64,000 nt of DNA, taken from the NCBI RefSeq assembly GCF_000150275.1, contig NW_002060945.1:8510011-8574010 (forward strand), in the 5' to 3' direction. Origin of the DNA: Trichoplax adhaerens. Lineage: Eukaryota > Animalia > Placozoa. The notes under the pieces were generated by a model that did no database searches, was not told where the DNA came from, and was given only the letters and a program-made list of their open reading frames with translations. Positions 49,215 to 62,192 of the stretch are shown here, piece after piece; position 1 is the first letter of the stretch, and each line of letters opens with the position of its first letter. Both the position numbers and the translations under genes were made by a program.

Positions 49215-49325
49215 ATGCTCTTTTGCTTTTGGGCAGGCTTCCAGCATCTTATTTAAGATATGGATACGTCCCTGCTTAGCTTGAGCCAGAGCTGCACTCA
49301 TGATCTTTGGGTTAATTCCTTCAAG
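49215..49325 (-). pseudogene. pnp: Internal fragment of bacterial polynucleotide phosphorylase (end of RNase PH domain 2)
   Basis: Translates as LEGINPKIMSAALAQAKQGRIHILNKMLEACPKAKEH, matching the PNPase segment that follows the MDIK motif (E. coli-type [27 protein letters not shown]). Not in the ORF track. Confidence 0.85.
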
Positions 49326-49329
49326 TACA

Positions 49330-49442
49330 GTACGTACTGTAGGCCTACCAAGCTAGGCTGGAGTGGACCAGTACCGTACTGTAGCAGGTTAAAGGTCATA
49401 TCATGGAGGGTTTTTCTTTTACCTCTATGGGGTCATACTGTA
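49330..49442 (+). repeat. Right copy of the 113-bp direct repeat, ~440 bp upstream of the ABCD3 ATG
   Basis: Identical by eye to 45680-45792. Confidence 0.95.
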
Positions 49443-49884
49443 CAGTATAGTATTGTTTACCATCAGCGTCTTTTAACCGGGTAAAAACGTTGAAGTTTTA
49501 GGTCGCACTTTGTACATTGTCCTCCTGTCCACTCTACTGTTGGGACGTCTATAGAAAGGTGTAGAGAAAAAACTTTACCCCGTCAAAAATCTAGTGCAAT
49601 GTGGCCCATAGCTCGTAGAGTAACAAGTACTGTAGCCCACGGTGTATGGGGAGTTCGGATTGTAGGTTTTTCTTTTATCTCTATGGCTATTTGTACAGTA
49701 CAAAGTTGGATTTTGTGGAGGTTCATCGCTTCACGCGGTGTCACTCGGATTGCGAATGGCGTGACATACAGAATAATACAATTGTAATCGTCAGTGGTAT
49801 TGCACAAGTAGTAGTTACCCGGCGACATAGCTACTGCTTGGTTTGCATTATAAATCAGATCAAGACAGAGTGCATGGAAATCTG

Positions 49885-52800
49885 ATGGCGGCGATATCAA
49901 AATTAGTCGAAAATCCACGAGCAAGTGCTGCAGTACTTGGTGGAAGTTTAGCAGCGTTAATATTTATTAGTAGAAGCATATCATCACAGTAAGTAAATCT
50001 CATGCCTTAAAATATCTTGTATGGAGTTGCTTTTTACAGTATTTAACGCATTCGTTGCCGTAAGGATAGAGTTGTAAAGAGGTCATACACTACTGCACCC
50101 TTTCAGACCTTCTTACTGTAAATACTTTAAATAAGCTGATTTGTTGACGAGGTTGGTGTATAGAATCGGTTCATGGGCATGTACAGAATGGCTCTCGTTT
50201 GCTTATTATATGGAGTTTCACAAGCTGTTTCATTGCTGCCAATCCTAGCTCTAGGATGATAGTAAATTCATTCGCCTTCTACTTACTGTAGTGTGTTATA
50301 CACTGTACCGTATATGGCTGTGCAGTAATATACAGATTTACTGTACAGTGTACCGATTTTAAGTAAACTGGTTTCATACCTTGTCTATTTCATTGACAAG
50401 GTACTTGATAACTAATAATAAAAAAATTGATAATCGATTAAAATAGTACTATCGAAAGTTATCAGATATTATTTGCTTAGTTACTTAGATTTCTTCGTCC
50501 AGGAAATAACAGATCTATCTACTAAACCATTTGCTTATTATCATGTAAATCTCCTGCTTGGCTAACATCAAAATACAACACCCTTGTACAATGTACAGTA
50601 CTGTAATATCCTTATCACCATCGAATAAAATCTAGTATCTAGTTTGTTCTACTCATAACGGCAATGGATAGAATATTGATTGAATTTACCGTAGCAGTCA
50701 TCACGCTAAATTGCAATAGTTTTAAATCTACGGTATGATTTACCACAGTAACTTACAGTGTTCAGCACATTTTCTTCTATACATACGTGTGCAATGTGCA
50801 TTACTGTACAGATTGTCTATAGGTCCCCGGCTTGACATTTTTAATATTTTGGATATGTATTACTATCATCCTGTCTGTAATCCTAAAGTACCTTAGCAAC
50901 TTATCGAATTACTTTTATTGTTTAAATCCTTATAATTCCTATGGATAAGAAAAACCAAGAGTGAAATTCAAATTCTTCCAAGGAAGGTAAAAAATACATC
51001 GTAACCATGATCGTAATGGATGATGTGTTTACATGATTGTAATGAAGCAAATTGTAGTAAAACATTAAATGGATAATAATTTCATTGCATGATCGTGTTA
51101 GCCTATTTTGTGGCAGATCATTGATTTTCCTTTTCTAATATTAAACAAACTTTCGAATTCTTTTAGGGTAATGGTAAAAAGGAACTTCGTGTAGCTGTCA
51201 ATCTCAAATTTTTTCGGTATTTTAAGAAACAAACATTAGATATCATAAGCTATGTAACCCGACACAACTTTAACACATAATCTTTTGGACTACAGGAGTA
51301 TAGCGTCAATATTTCGTATACTTGTTCCGAAATTAATATGTCCAGAGGTGAGCTAAATTAGTTCAAATCTAAGTAGTGTGTTATGTGCTTAATTGCTGTA
51401 AAATATACAATAGAATCGGTAACTCGTTCAATGTAATCATGCAACTTGTTAGTAAGTGTTATATTTCATTCCGATGGCTTGTAGTACATGTTTACTGATT
51501 TTGACAGTAGGACAAAGATTTTAGATGCCAACCAGATTATGCATGATAAATTAGTGATGACAACTTATTTTATGATGTCTTTAGAGCGGTTACATGGTCA
51601 TGGTTGCCATTTCACTGGTAGCCAGAACCGCTTGTGACGTTTGGATGATTTCAAATGGAACTTCAGTTGAAAGGTAAATAAATCACTAGCAGTCTCAGCT
51701 TTAATTAATAATCAACGTCTTAATTTCAAGGTTCGTAACATAAGATAACTGAATAATTTACTCATAAGTACTGCAATAAATATTTGTTCAGCTCGATTAT
51801 TGGCCGAAACTACTCACTTTTTCTCAGCCACCTGACTCGCTTGCTTTGTGCCATGCCTATAGTATGTATCATTTTTATTAATGTTATGATATTGTGGTAA
51901 TATTTGTTACTTAAAACGTTTATATTAGCACGTGATCCACTGTACTTACTAATCCTGTGTATTCTAATTTTTTTAATTTATCAGATTTCAATCGTCAACA
52001 ATGCCTTAAAGGTACCTTCTCATTACAATGATGTTATATCGTCATCTTTCATCTACAAGTGGACATATAATAAACACTTATTCTTCTTGTTAACAGTACA
52101 GTTTAAATGAGTTGAAATTAAGATTTCGTGAGAGATTATCCAATTATCTATACCAGCAATATTTAAAGTTAGTAAAAGCTTGCCTATTTATTGGCCTAAA
52201 ATATTGTGACATACAACCTCTTTAAAAGTGCCTTATTTCTCTCGTAATAGTGGATTTACGTACTACAAAATGTCAAATATTGACAACCGAATTGCAAATG
52301 CTGATCAGTTACTTACTCAGGTGAATCTGTGCAATATACTGTATAACATAAAGAAGCAATTGTAATCTAATATAGGCCTTTGTTCTCCTTTGTTTCAGGA
52401 TGTGGAAAGATTTTGCGAAAGTGTTACAGAGCTATATTCAAACATTAGCAAGGTATAAAGTAGATTTTTCTGTCATATAGAATAAACCAGACTGTATGAT
52501 AACAGAACTAACAAACTTGTAATAGCTGATCTATGCTAACCCTAAATATTTTTACATTCAACTATAGCCCTTACTAGATATTATCATATATGCTCGTGAA
52601 TTAGCTGCTGCTATTGGTGCTCAAGGGCCAGGCTATATGCTTGTATACCTTGCTATTTCAGGCCTTGTGCTCACTCGGTAAGGACACTAATAAATTTATG
52701 ATCATACAGTAAAATACGAGACTGGTTAGTTTAATCCTCTATATTTACGCTATAAGAATAAATTTCATCGTACCTATAGATTACGACGCCCAATCAGTCG

Positions 52801-55303
52801 GATGACGGTAACTGAACAAAAATTAGAAGGAGAATATCGTTTTGTTAACTCGAGACTTATTACTAATAGGTAATTCAGATAGTACCTAGATACGTGATTG
52901 CTTCAATCTTCTAAGGTATTAACATAGTGATAGTGAATTCTAAAAATTTCCTCTCTGTTATGGCAGCGAAGAAATTGCTTTCTATGGAGGAAACGAAAGA
53001 GAAAAAATTACTATTTTGGCCACGTTTCATAAACTGGTCAGTTTTATTTTTGCATTCTAACGTTGTGTGTTAACTAATTAACATGTAACGAAATATCTTT
53101 CTTCTTGTAATACACTAGATGAAGCATTTAAGGAATCTCCTTCAATTTCGATACACCCTCGGTCTTTTTGACAATATTATTGCGAAATGTATGCGACATA
53201 GCTTACTCTAGTGGCGATCCGGTTTGACTTAATTTAGAATCGACTAAGGAATTTTTTCTATTTATCAGATATGGCTACAGTTGTTGGTTACCTTGTAGTC
53301 AGTCGACCGTTTTTAAATTTAACTAATGACCGTTTCGTTGGCTTTTCCCATAACCAGCTGCTAGAGGTTATTTATTCTTGTAATAGTATTGTATGATTGT
53401 CGAGGCAACTTTTTTATGTATTTTTGTGATTGCTTTGTATCAGGAATACTACCGTAGCGGAAGAATGCTGGTCCGTATGGCAGAAGCCATTGGAAGGCTT
53501 GTCCTAGCTGGCAGAGAGCTAACGCGACTAGCTGGGTAAGACCTATGATGATGACGTTTACGCAGTATAGTTTAACTAATCAATTTTAACACTTTTAACT
53601 TTCCAGTTTCACTGCCAGAATAACGGAACTAATGACTGTTTTGAAAGACCTTAATAACGGACTATATGAACGTACTATGGTTACCGGAGGCTGTAAGGCC
53701 ATTTAAAAACTAATGCGGAACGAGTAACCGGGTGTGATTAGAATCTTACTTTATTTCAGCTAAACCACGATTGGATTTTGCTCCCGGAAATGGTAAAATC
53801 GTTTACGAAGATCATATCATTAGGTGAATAGGAATATCTAATCTGTATAAGATTCCTCCGCTTCGTAAAATTGCAGCGATGTTAACTAAACAGAGAATTG
53901 TGCTTAATTGATTTTACTGATAATGCCAGGTTTGAAGACGTACCATTGGTTACGCCTAATGCAGATTTACTGGTTGATGGACTCAACTTTGAGGTAATAT
54001 CACTGCATATCCTAAATGTTATGTGTAATATATACTGATACTCTATCTGTACCGTCCGTATGTAGGTAAAGTCCGGTCAAAATGTTTTAGTATGCGGTCC
54101 CAATGGTTGCGGCAAGAGCTCTTTATTTAGGATATTAGGCGAAGTATGAAACTAATTGGTCGGCTTGATAACTAGTCTACGCATACCATTTACTTAGTAA
54201 CGCCAATCGTTGTTTTTTAAAGCTATGGCCATTATTTGGCGGAGTATTGGTTAAGCCAGAAAAGAAGAAGCTGTTCTATGTTCCTCAGGTACTTTACTAA
54301 CTTTCGCAATGATCTGTAGATGTAGGCGAAGTAACTTGATTACATTTCAGTATTAATTTTGATGAATTTCGTTATAGCGACCTTATATGACAATTGGTAG
54401 TCTCAGGGATCAAATAATATACCCAGATACGCTTGAAGACCAAAAGAAAAAAGGATTTACAGATGATATGCTGGCTGAGCTTCTTAATGAAGTAACTCTT
54501 TGTTTTCCCTAGCGTTTATTGTAAAGTATATTCTCAGTAATATGCTAAGAATTTCACTTTTCTTCTACTACTATCGCAGGTTCAACTTACTAATCTTGTC
54601 GAACGAGAAGAAAATGGATGGGAATCCGTTCAAGTAAATTATCTTTTTGTAAAGGAAAAATGATTTACGTAAAGTGCTATGTACTTATCTCCAAATTGTG
54701 TTACGCTAGGATTGGATGGATGTTTTAAGTGGAGGTGAAAAACAGAGAGTCGCTGTAAGTCTTCTTGAGAGATAGCTGTCATATAAACTATGTATGTACT
54801 AAGAACAATAACTCGATTAAGTATCAGTCATAACACAATAATCCATTCTTAGATGGCCAGATTGTTCTATCATCGTCCACAATTTGCAATCTTAGATGAA
54901 TGCACCAGTGCAGTTAGTGTAGACGTCGAAGGATTTATGTATTCCTATTGCAAGAAGGTGAGAATCTTGTGGTCCAAACGTAACTTTCTTATCATATTGT
55001 ATAATATTAATTGTCAATTTGTCATTCTTTTGTTTACAACCATGTGACCGATTGTTGATGTATTGCACCACTATTATTAGGTTGGTATTACTTTATTCAC
55101 AGTTTCACATAGAAAATCGCTATGGAAGTATCATGATGTAAGTTTTATTAATCAACTTATCTATTAAATCATCTATCAATGTTTATTGTACCGTGTTGCC
55201 AATTAAATGCGTTTTTATACGATAGTATGTGCTGCAATTTGATGGCCGTGGTAAATATTCTTACACACCTATTGACGAAAATACTGAGGTATTCGGATCA
55301 TAG
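49885..55303 (+). CDS. ABCD3: Peroxisomal ABC half-transporter PMP70, multi-exon
   Basis: MAAISKL start, [25 protein letters not shown] motif [10 protein letters not shown], Walker [10 protein letters not shown], signature [21 protein letters not shown]-terminal EVFGS*. Confidence 0.96.
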
Positions 55304-56277
55304 TGGTGCCTAACCTTACATGGAACTCTTGGTCAAGTGTTTTTTTAACTGGTAGCGTATTTGAAACTTGCAGTACAGTTTACAAAAAAAATGTAGTTAT
55401 TGGAGATGTAATACGACATTATAACGTAAATATAACTAACTTATACAATGTATTACACATTTTGCGAAGGCGATAATAACGTAAGTAATATTTCATAGCA
55501 TAAAAAAGTTTTAAAAATGATATTGTTAAATTACTGGGCGTCCCATAAATGAATTTGCGCTTAATGCTGGTAAATACGAATAGAGTACTTCAAATAGCAG
55601 TAGGCTGTTTATGAAGTAGATACGAGTACACCCGATTTTTAAATGAACGCGGTTAGCTAGTGTCATTATTGGCCTCTGGAGACGTTACCGATTAGAGAAT
55701 TAAACAATATCGATCTTCTTAGGTAGATAATGTTACATACAATATCATGAAGTTTATGTAGTATGTCAATGCATATAGCAGTCTTACATATATCCAGTTT
55801 GGAAACGAAATTGTTGCTGCGGAACTATATAGCATGGCTTCCATCGTTGCAATATATTTAGCTTAAAAGTTTTTATTCTTTTAAATTTAAGCTTTTAAGA
55901 TACTCAAAATCACAGCAGGAACATGTTACACTGTGAATTTGCTAGCGACTTGAAAACAAATTTAATATATGATGAAAAGGAAACGTGCGCTCTTACCGCA
56001 ATTAGAAGTTCTAAATGTTAATTGCTAATTATGTAAAGACTTATGTTATCAGATCAGGAATAAACGCAATAGAATAAAGAGGTGTAAAAACAAAAATCGT
56101 CGATAACTGCCTAAAATTAAACTAGGTAGGTCATAGTTTGAACTAGCAATGAACTCGAAGGACGCTCAGCAAGATCTAGACTGATAACCTTAGCAAAATG
56201 GTATGACTATTGAAGTCATAAAGCAATGGCATGACTATGATGAAAGTATACACTTATATATATATATTAAGAGCAGT

Positions 56278-59200
56278 TTAATCTACCGTCAGCCCTTTAC
56301 TGGTTAGAAATGCTGTTTCATCCGGATCTCGACCTAAAAATTCTTTTAGCATATCGATTGCATCCTGTGATCAAATTTTATGTTATGTCAGTAAAGAATG
56401 TCAAAATTAAAAAATCACTAATTCCGGATTGTACTGCTATAATACCTTTGTTCCTCCAGGTTTTAATATCTTTTCTCGATAGTCACGACCAGCTGTAGCG
56501 TTCATAACGTTCTTCTTAAATCGCGTATAAAACATATCCATGCAATATACTTCGCTCCACTAGAAAGATAAATAATTACACATGAGTATCGTACTGTACC
56601 TTTGAATGCAACCCTAAATCTATGTTCTATAGTAAGTATCTCTAGCTACTGAGATTTCTGCCGTATGGATAGCAAGCTTAGTTGTACACAAGATTTTCAT
56701 ACCAAATATCCATAGTACATTGCATCATAACCATCCGCAAGATGACCAAATGTTGCCGCCATATTTGTGCCTGCAATTATAAATAAAAAAAAGTACTATA
56801 AACTTTAAATTTATGCCAGCTTGAATATGAAACTGCCATAAATATAGGGCACTTAAAATTCCAAAAAAATGATGCAGATAATGAACCAATAACCTGGAGT
56901 TGCTTGAATGCCTAATATTTCTTCAGATAATCGAGCATAAACGGCAGCTGTATCCGCCTAACATCAAAATTTTGCTTATCAATACTTTACTATCTTAGGC
57001 TACCGAATTTCTAGCGCATATATAGTGTTTTGCTTATCTGTCATAATATTAACTATAGAATTCCTGTAACAATTATTTACTTTACGACTTGTATGGATGG
57101 TCTGATCGAAGGTTCCCAACATGATCTTTTTAAATAAAAAACAAATAGACAATACACAGATAGCTTAAATATTCCATGTCTATCAAATAATATTACTTAA
57201 GATGGGAAGTAAAATAGCGCATAATGTAGCAATTAGAATTTTAAAAGCTCTATATTTAATTCATACCTGACGCAAGTTGAAGACACCAGCGTTCGCCCGT
57301 TGTGATTTAATCAATTTTTCTAACAAATCATCAGGAATCGGACTAGAATCTACAATAGTAACAAAGCCAATAGGAAACGTATCAACATGATGATTGATAC
57401 TTCATCTACGCCATATAATCTATATCTCAATAATATGTTTCGATTGCTTAATATTTTGTTACTTATACAATCAATTAATTAAATGACGAATGATGCATAC
57501 AGAACTTACGATTGAAAATTGACTCGACATTAAATTATCCAATTACCTTTATAATGGGCAGACATTTTGCAAAGGGACTCTTTTTCCCAGCACCAATTTT
57601 CAAGCATTTGAGATGGAGCTTCAACGAAATCTCTTTCAACTCGTGTACCACTAAGAGAACAGAAATATCAATGTTAGCTAAAATTCACTTTAAGACTTTA
57701 AAACGAACCTAACTCTATCAATCTCGTACTGTGTACCTGAACATAGAAAAGTTAGCTTCTGCACAAATTCCATGCATTACATGGCCAAACTCATGAAAAT
57801 AGGTCACCACCTTCACAATCACAAATACTATTTCATTAAGAAATGCAGCAACATGAAACGATTGCTTGAGGCAGATCCTACCTCATCATGAATGAGTAAG
57901 GCAGGCCGAGTCGCTGTAGGCTTTGTAAAATTAGCTACCATTGCAGCAATTGCGTGCTAACGATTATGATCATAAATAGAACGATGATTAGGTCAAGGCT
58001 ATATGATATGTTTCTAAATGATGGCTATAGGCAGCAAATTAAAAATAACCTGTCTAGAGCCATCCGACAATACACATCCGGGCTATTAACAAATTAAAAC
58101 AATTTGATAGATCAAAATATCTGACAATTACTACGATAAATGGCATTCGTAATTAACCTGTAATCCAAAGCAAGCGGCATGACCAAACTTTCCTTCTCTT
58201 GGATGTAAATCAAGGTAAAATTGGCCCATGAAGGTACCAGACGAGCCATCACTGACATTAAACTGCAAAATTGAGTTGAACTCAGTTAATGTACATAAAG
58301 GTACTAGTATGAAATAAATTCATAGTTAGACAAATTTACCAATCGCACTTCCGGATGCCACACTTCTGCATTCTCAACTTCTTCAAATTTTAAATCCAGT
58401 AATTGCTAAAAATGACAGCGATATTAATTCTATGAGAAGATGTCATCAGCTCAATAAAATGTAGATGAATACCCGGGTAGAACGTATACGTAATTTAATC
58501 CTTACCTGATAGATATTTAAAAGGCCTAGTGGTAGTAATGTTGAAATTCAAAAATTTCAAATTAGTTCAAAATTGTCATTTTAAAGTACCGTACATATTA
58601 TCCATGTCCAATAATTACGAAAATGAGAGCTTCAATATTATATAATATTAGGTCATATCTATAGCAATTTTTACGTCTTTACCTTCAGTTACAATCTCAA
58701 GAGGAAAGTATTCCTTCAGTTTTTCGTGATCAACCGAATATTCTTTTTCTTCGACCAAATTCATATAATATCTCATATCCCAAGCATGTATTTTTGCATC
58801 ATCCTTGTACCCATATTTTTGGCTCTATCGCATCAGGATTAATCAATAAATGAGGTAAATCTGGAATTATCAAATACCGATATCCATAAGACTATACTAC
58901 CTCTTCAGACTTATACTTTAAGTATGCTTGTAGATCAGACTCTCCTAACGGTTTGAGCTTGCTCGCTAAGCGCGAGAGAAAATTCTTGACATTGGCTGCT
59001 GTCTTGGACATTCTAATCTGTATATTTTACAGGATAACACTATTACTTCTATCTCAAATGTTAAGAATAAAGATCATAATGAGACTCTTACCTCCGTAAT
59101 ATAGTCCGCATGTACCGCGTACCCAAGTAAGTCAGCTTGCTATGAAATTTATGAATAAGGTAAGTAATATCTACATTTTTGCTTAGGCATAAATGCATAC

Positions 59201-61796
59201 CTTTTGTCTTAATTCAACGAGTTCTTCCATTATAGCAGCATTTTCATCTTTGCATCTATATACGCATTAGAGTATAAGCATCAATGAAATATTACATCAT
59301 AACGAAGAGACGTTAATAAAGTGAACATAACAGCGCCGGGTATGTCTATTTCAATTTTGATATTTTAACTTCAACAAATGTATAGCAATCGAGAAATTTG
59401 GATGCGAAAATTTGACAACTAAAAATCTGATTTTTTCAAAATTTAAAATTTATTATCCAAATGTAAGTATTTTTCTTAGGAATTTCGAAACATAAAGTAT
59501 CATGATGACATTATACTAAGGTTATAAATCCACGCAATGAAAGTAATTCTGAGATAGCAATAATGTAATTTTTAAATATGGAAGAAATACCTTGAGTTGA
59601 ATGCAGTTTCGAGTTTCCTTCTAGTTTCTGGATTAGTAGCTTTCTTCATGCAAGGAAAATAATGAGGATACTTGAGCGAAACCTGGTATAAACCGCTTTC
59701 GGTTTTACTCAACCCATCCAAAAAATCATCAGGTAAACCATGTAAATCTTCGGTAGAAAATTCTAGAATAGTATTTTCCTCATTTAAGTTTCTATTAAAA
59801 TTAATAGCTAGTTCCGTCATTCGCTTCTTGATGACGGTGATTTGATCTCGAATCTCCTTATCCAAATGTAAGCCTAATCAATAAAAGACCGTACACGGAT
59901 ATATATGAATACATTTAATAATATTTCATTATAACCATAGTAGCGTGTAAATATACGAGTAGTTTAAAATCAGATACGAATGCTATCATTGCTGAGAAAT
60001 AATTAAAACAAATTATGCAATATCATAGGCTATGATGTAGGACACCAGCAAGAATTAACATGCAAGTGTTAATGTAAATATTAGAATACTGTAATGCACA
60101 ACACAACTAAATCATAGTAGTGATAATGATATGAGTAAAAAACTATTGTATGACTTCAATAGAGCTCTTTTATTTCATGTTAAAGCAATCTTATTTTGTA
60201 TTTCAGACTAAGTTTATACGTAGTTCTGAAGCAATACTTACCATTTCTCTTTCCATTTCTTATTAATCTGCTGACAAATCTTTTTACTTCACCAGTTAAT
60301 GTTTGACCCAATTTTTCCTGATTAAGATAAAGAGTAGTACCATTTGATTGAGCTGTGATAGAAGATTATGAAGTCTACATTTCATATAAAATGTTCAGTT
60401 TTAATTCATTAAAATTTGGCATAATTACATCGAAAGCTTTGATGTTGTCGTAAACATCCTGCCTCATGCTGTTCACAAAATGAAAGTTACGAGATTAAAG
60501 AACGCTTAACACCTTTAATCTAGTCTGCATTACTATTTCTCATTTAGGAATTGAATCGTGCCACAAGACTGCCAACAAACCTAACATTGACTGATCAATA
60601 CCTTATTTCTACCTCCACTTCCGATAGTTTTCTCTCAGCCTCAGTGCTAGCATTTCTAATTTCCTTATCTGGAGATAATTTAATGAAAAAATATATTATC
60701 ATCACGGTTACTTCAACTACAGTAGTATTATACCTTTAACGCTGGATATAGCATGTTATAATCAAATCAATCAGGGGAAACATACACATACTTGTCAAAG
60801 CATAAAAAATCATAAATTACAGCACGTGTTTTCTAATTCAACTTTAGATGTATTTTCTGCGAAAGAATATAGTATTATATCGTACAATCGAACAAATATA
60901 GCGTAGTATCGAGTGAACACATGATACTGTCTGTAATAACTGCTGTTAGCTGATATCGATACTTCTATTAAATAATACAAGCTTAACATCCTGTCGCATC
61001 ATCAACAATATAAAATGCTACGATAATCGTCTATATCCCTTATAACGATTGCAACTGATCGACAGTAACGCCATGTACGATCCCGTTTTATTGCTGCATA
61101 TCTTATTATCCAAAGCAATTGACTAGCAGACAATATTGGCTGATGACAAAACAACCAGATGCAAATGTTTACAAATTCTAATTATCAATTTTATTACCCG
61201 GTATTAACTTGAAGTATAATTTAATTAGCCCAAGAAAACAACCTAACCTGGCGAGACATGCTGAGGAAAATCAATCGATGACCGAATAGCGCTGGAATCA
61301 GCAGAGAAATCAGCTAAAGTCTATTCAAAAATGAAATCAAGAGTACATTGTAGTGCATATTCTCCTATAATAACACCATTGATGCCTATCGTACGTGGAA
61401 ACAGGCAAAATGATTCTTGCAGTTGATCAAGATAAAATAAGCCGAAATCATCAGCTAAACCTTCCATTATAACTAGACTAATTTGCACTGATACTGTACA
61501 CTAAAAGTAGACATTAGGATACCACTACTAGGTGAATATCCGATGATAGAGAGAGAAAGAATACAGTTTCGACATGATTTAATCCAATTGAAAGACAGTG
61601 GTAGCATCGCCACCCTACTATAGCATGTTGTCTACCATACCTTAATGCAATTTTCGTACGTTACATCTGCATTTTTCATTAATCCAACAGAATCGTAAAC
61701 CGCTTTCATTCGCTCGATCAATTCGTCAGTAGTTGATGCAATTTCTTTTGCATTTAAATTAAGTTTTAATCGATTGATAGCCGTAACAGCAGCCAT
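56278..61796 (-). CDS. M3A metallo-oligopeptidase (thimet oligopeptidase/neurolysin), multi-exon
   Basis: [31 protein letters not shown], zinc motif [48 protein letters not shown]...FLTSKGL. Confidence 0.95.
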
Positions 61797-62192
61797 TTTG
61801 ATGTCTGAGATATAGAAGCCGGCGAAATGGACGCTGACCAAGTTGGAGGACTCCTTGGTGACGATACTGACGCTATACACTATGGGAAGTGGGCGCTGGC
61901 TGTACACAATTTACGATCTCGACTCAAACGCTACCGGCTCAATACTTGGACAGTATAGACTACGTCAGCAGAATGTCAAACTGGCCCATCACTTGCAATA
62001 CAGTACAGTCAAGCGGCAGCTCTGGTAGAAACGTCCAACTGCAGCTGACCTACTCAAACACTAGCAATCAACACTTGCGCAGTAGGGACAACTGCTGCGA
62101 ATACGTTGAGTCATACTGGCATCTCACACGTCTCTACTCAACACTACAACTAGTCAACAGTCGCACAGCAACGAATGCCCCCTATCATGGCG

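Larger units (their letters stand above)
45797..49325. other. Bacterial-like (probably chlamydial/endosymbiont-derived) DNA island; either a lateral transfer or an assembly chimera
   Basis: Intronless ORFs, visibly higher GC than the host introns and intergenic DNA, 0-17 bp gaps between paired ORFs, terminator-like hairpin, PNPase fragment and flanking direct repeats. Confidence 0.8.

Noticed and set aside
45680-49442. LTR retrotransposon or composite transposon interpretation of the direct repeats
   Set aside because: The repeats lack TG...CA ends, a PBS/PPT and an outer TSD. No gag, RT, integrase or transposase motifs are visible inside, and the repeat looks like host promoter DNA.
49583-49924. 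Three overlapping short ORFs upstream of ABCD3
   Set aside because: No recognisable motifs; the region is the ABCD3 promoter/5' UTR.
61797-61907. N-terminal extension of THOP1/NLN as a mitochondrial presequence
   Set aside because: The upstream frame starts at GTG rather than ATG and is not convincingly Arg-rich or amphipathic.
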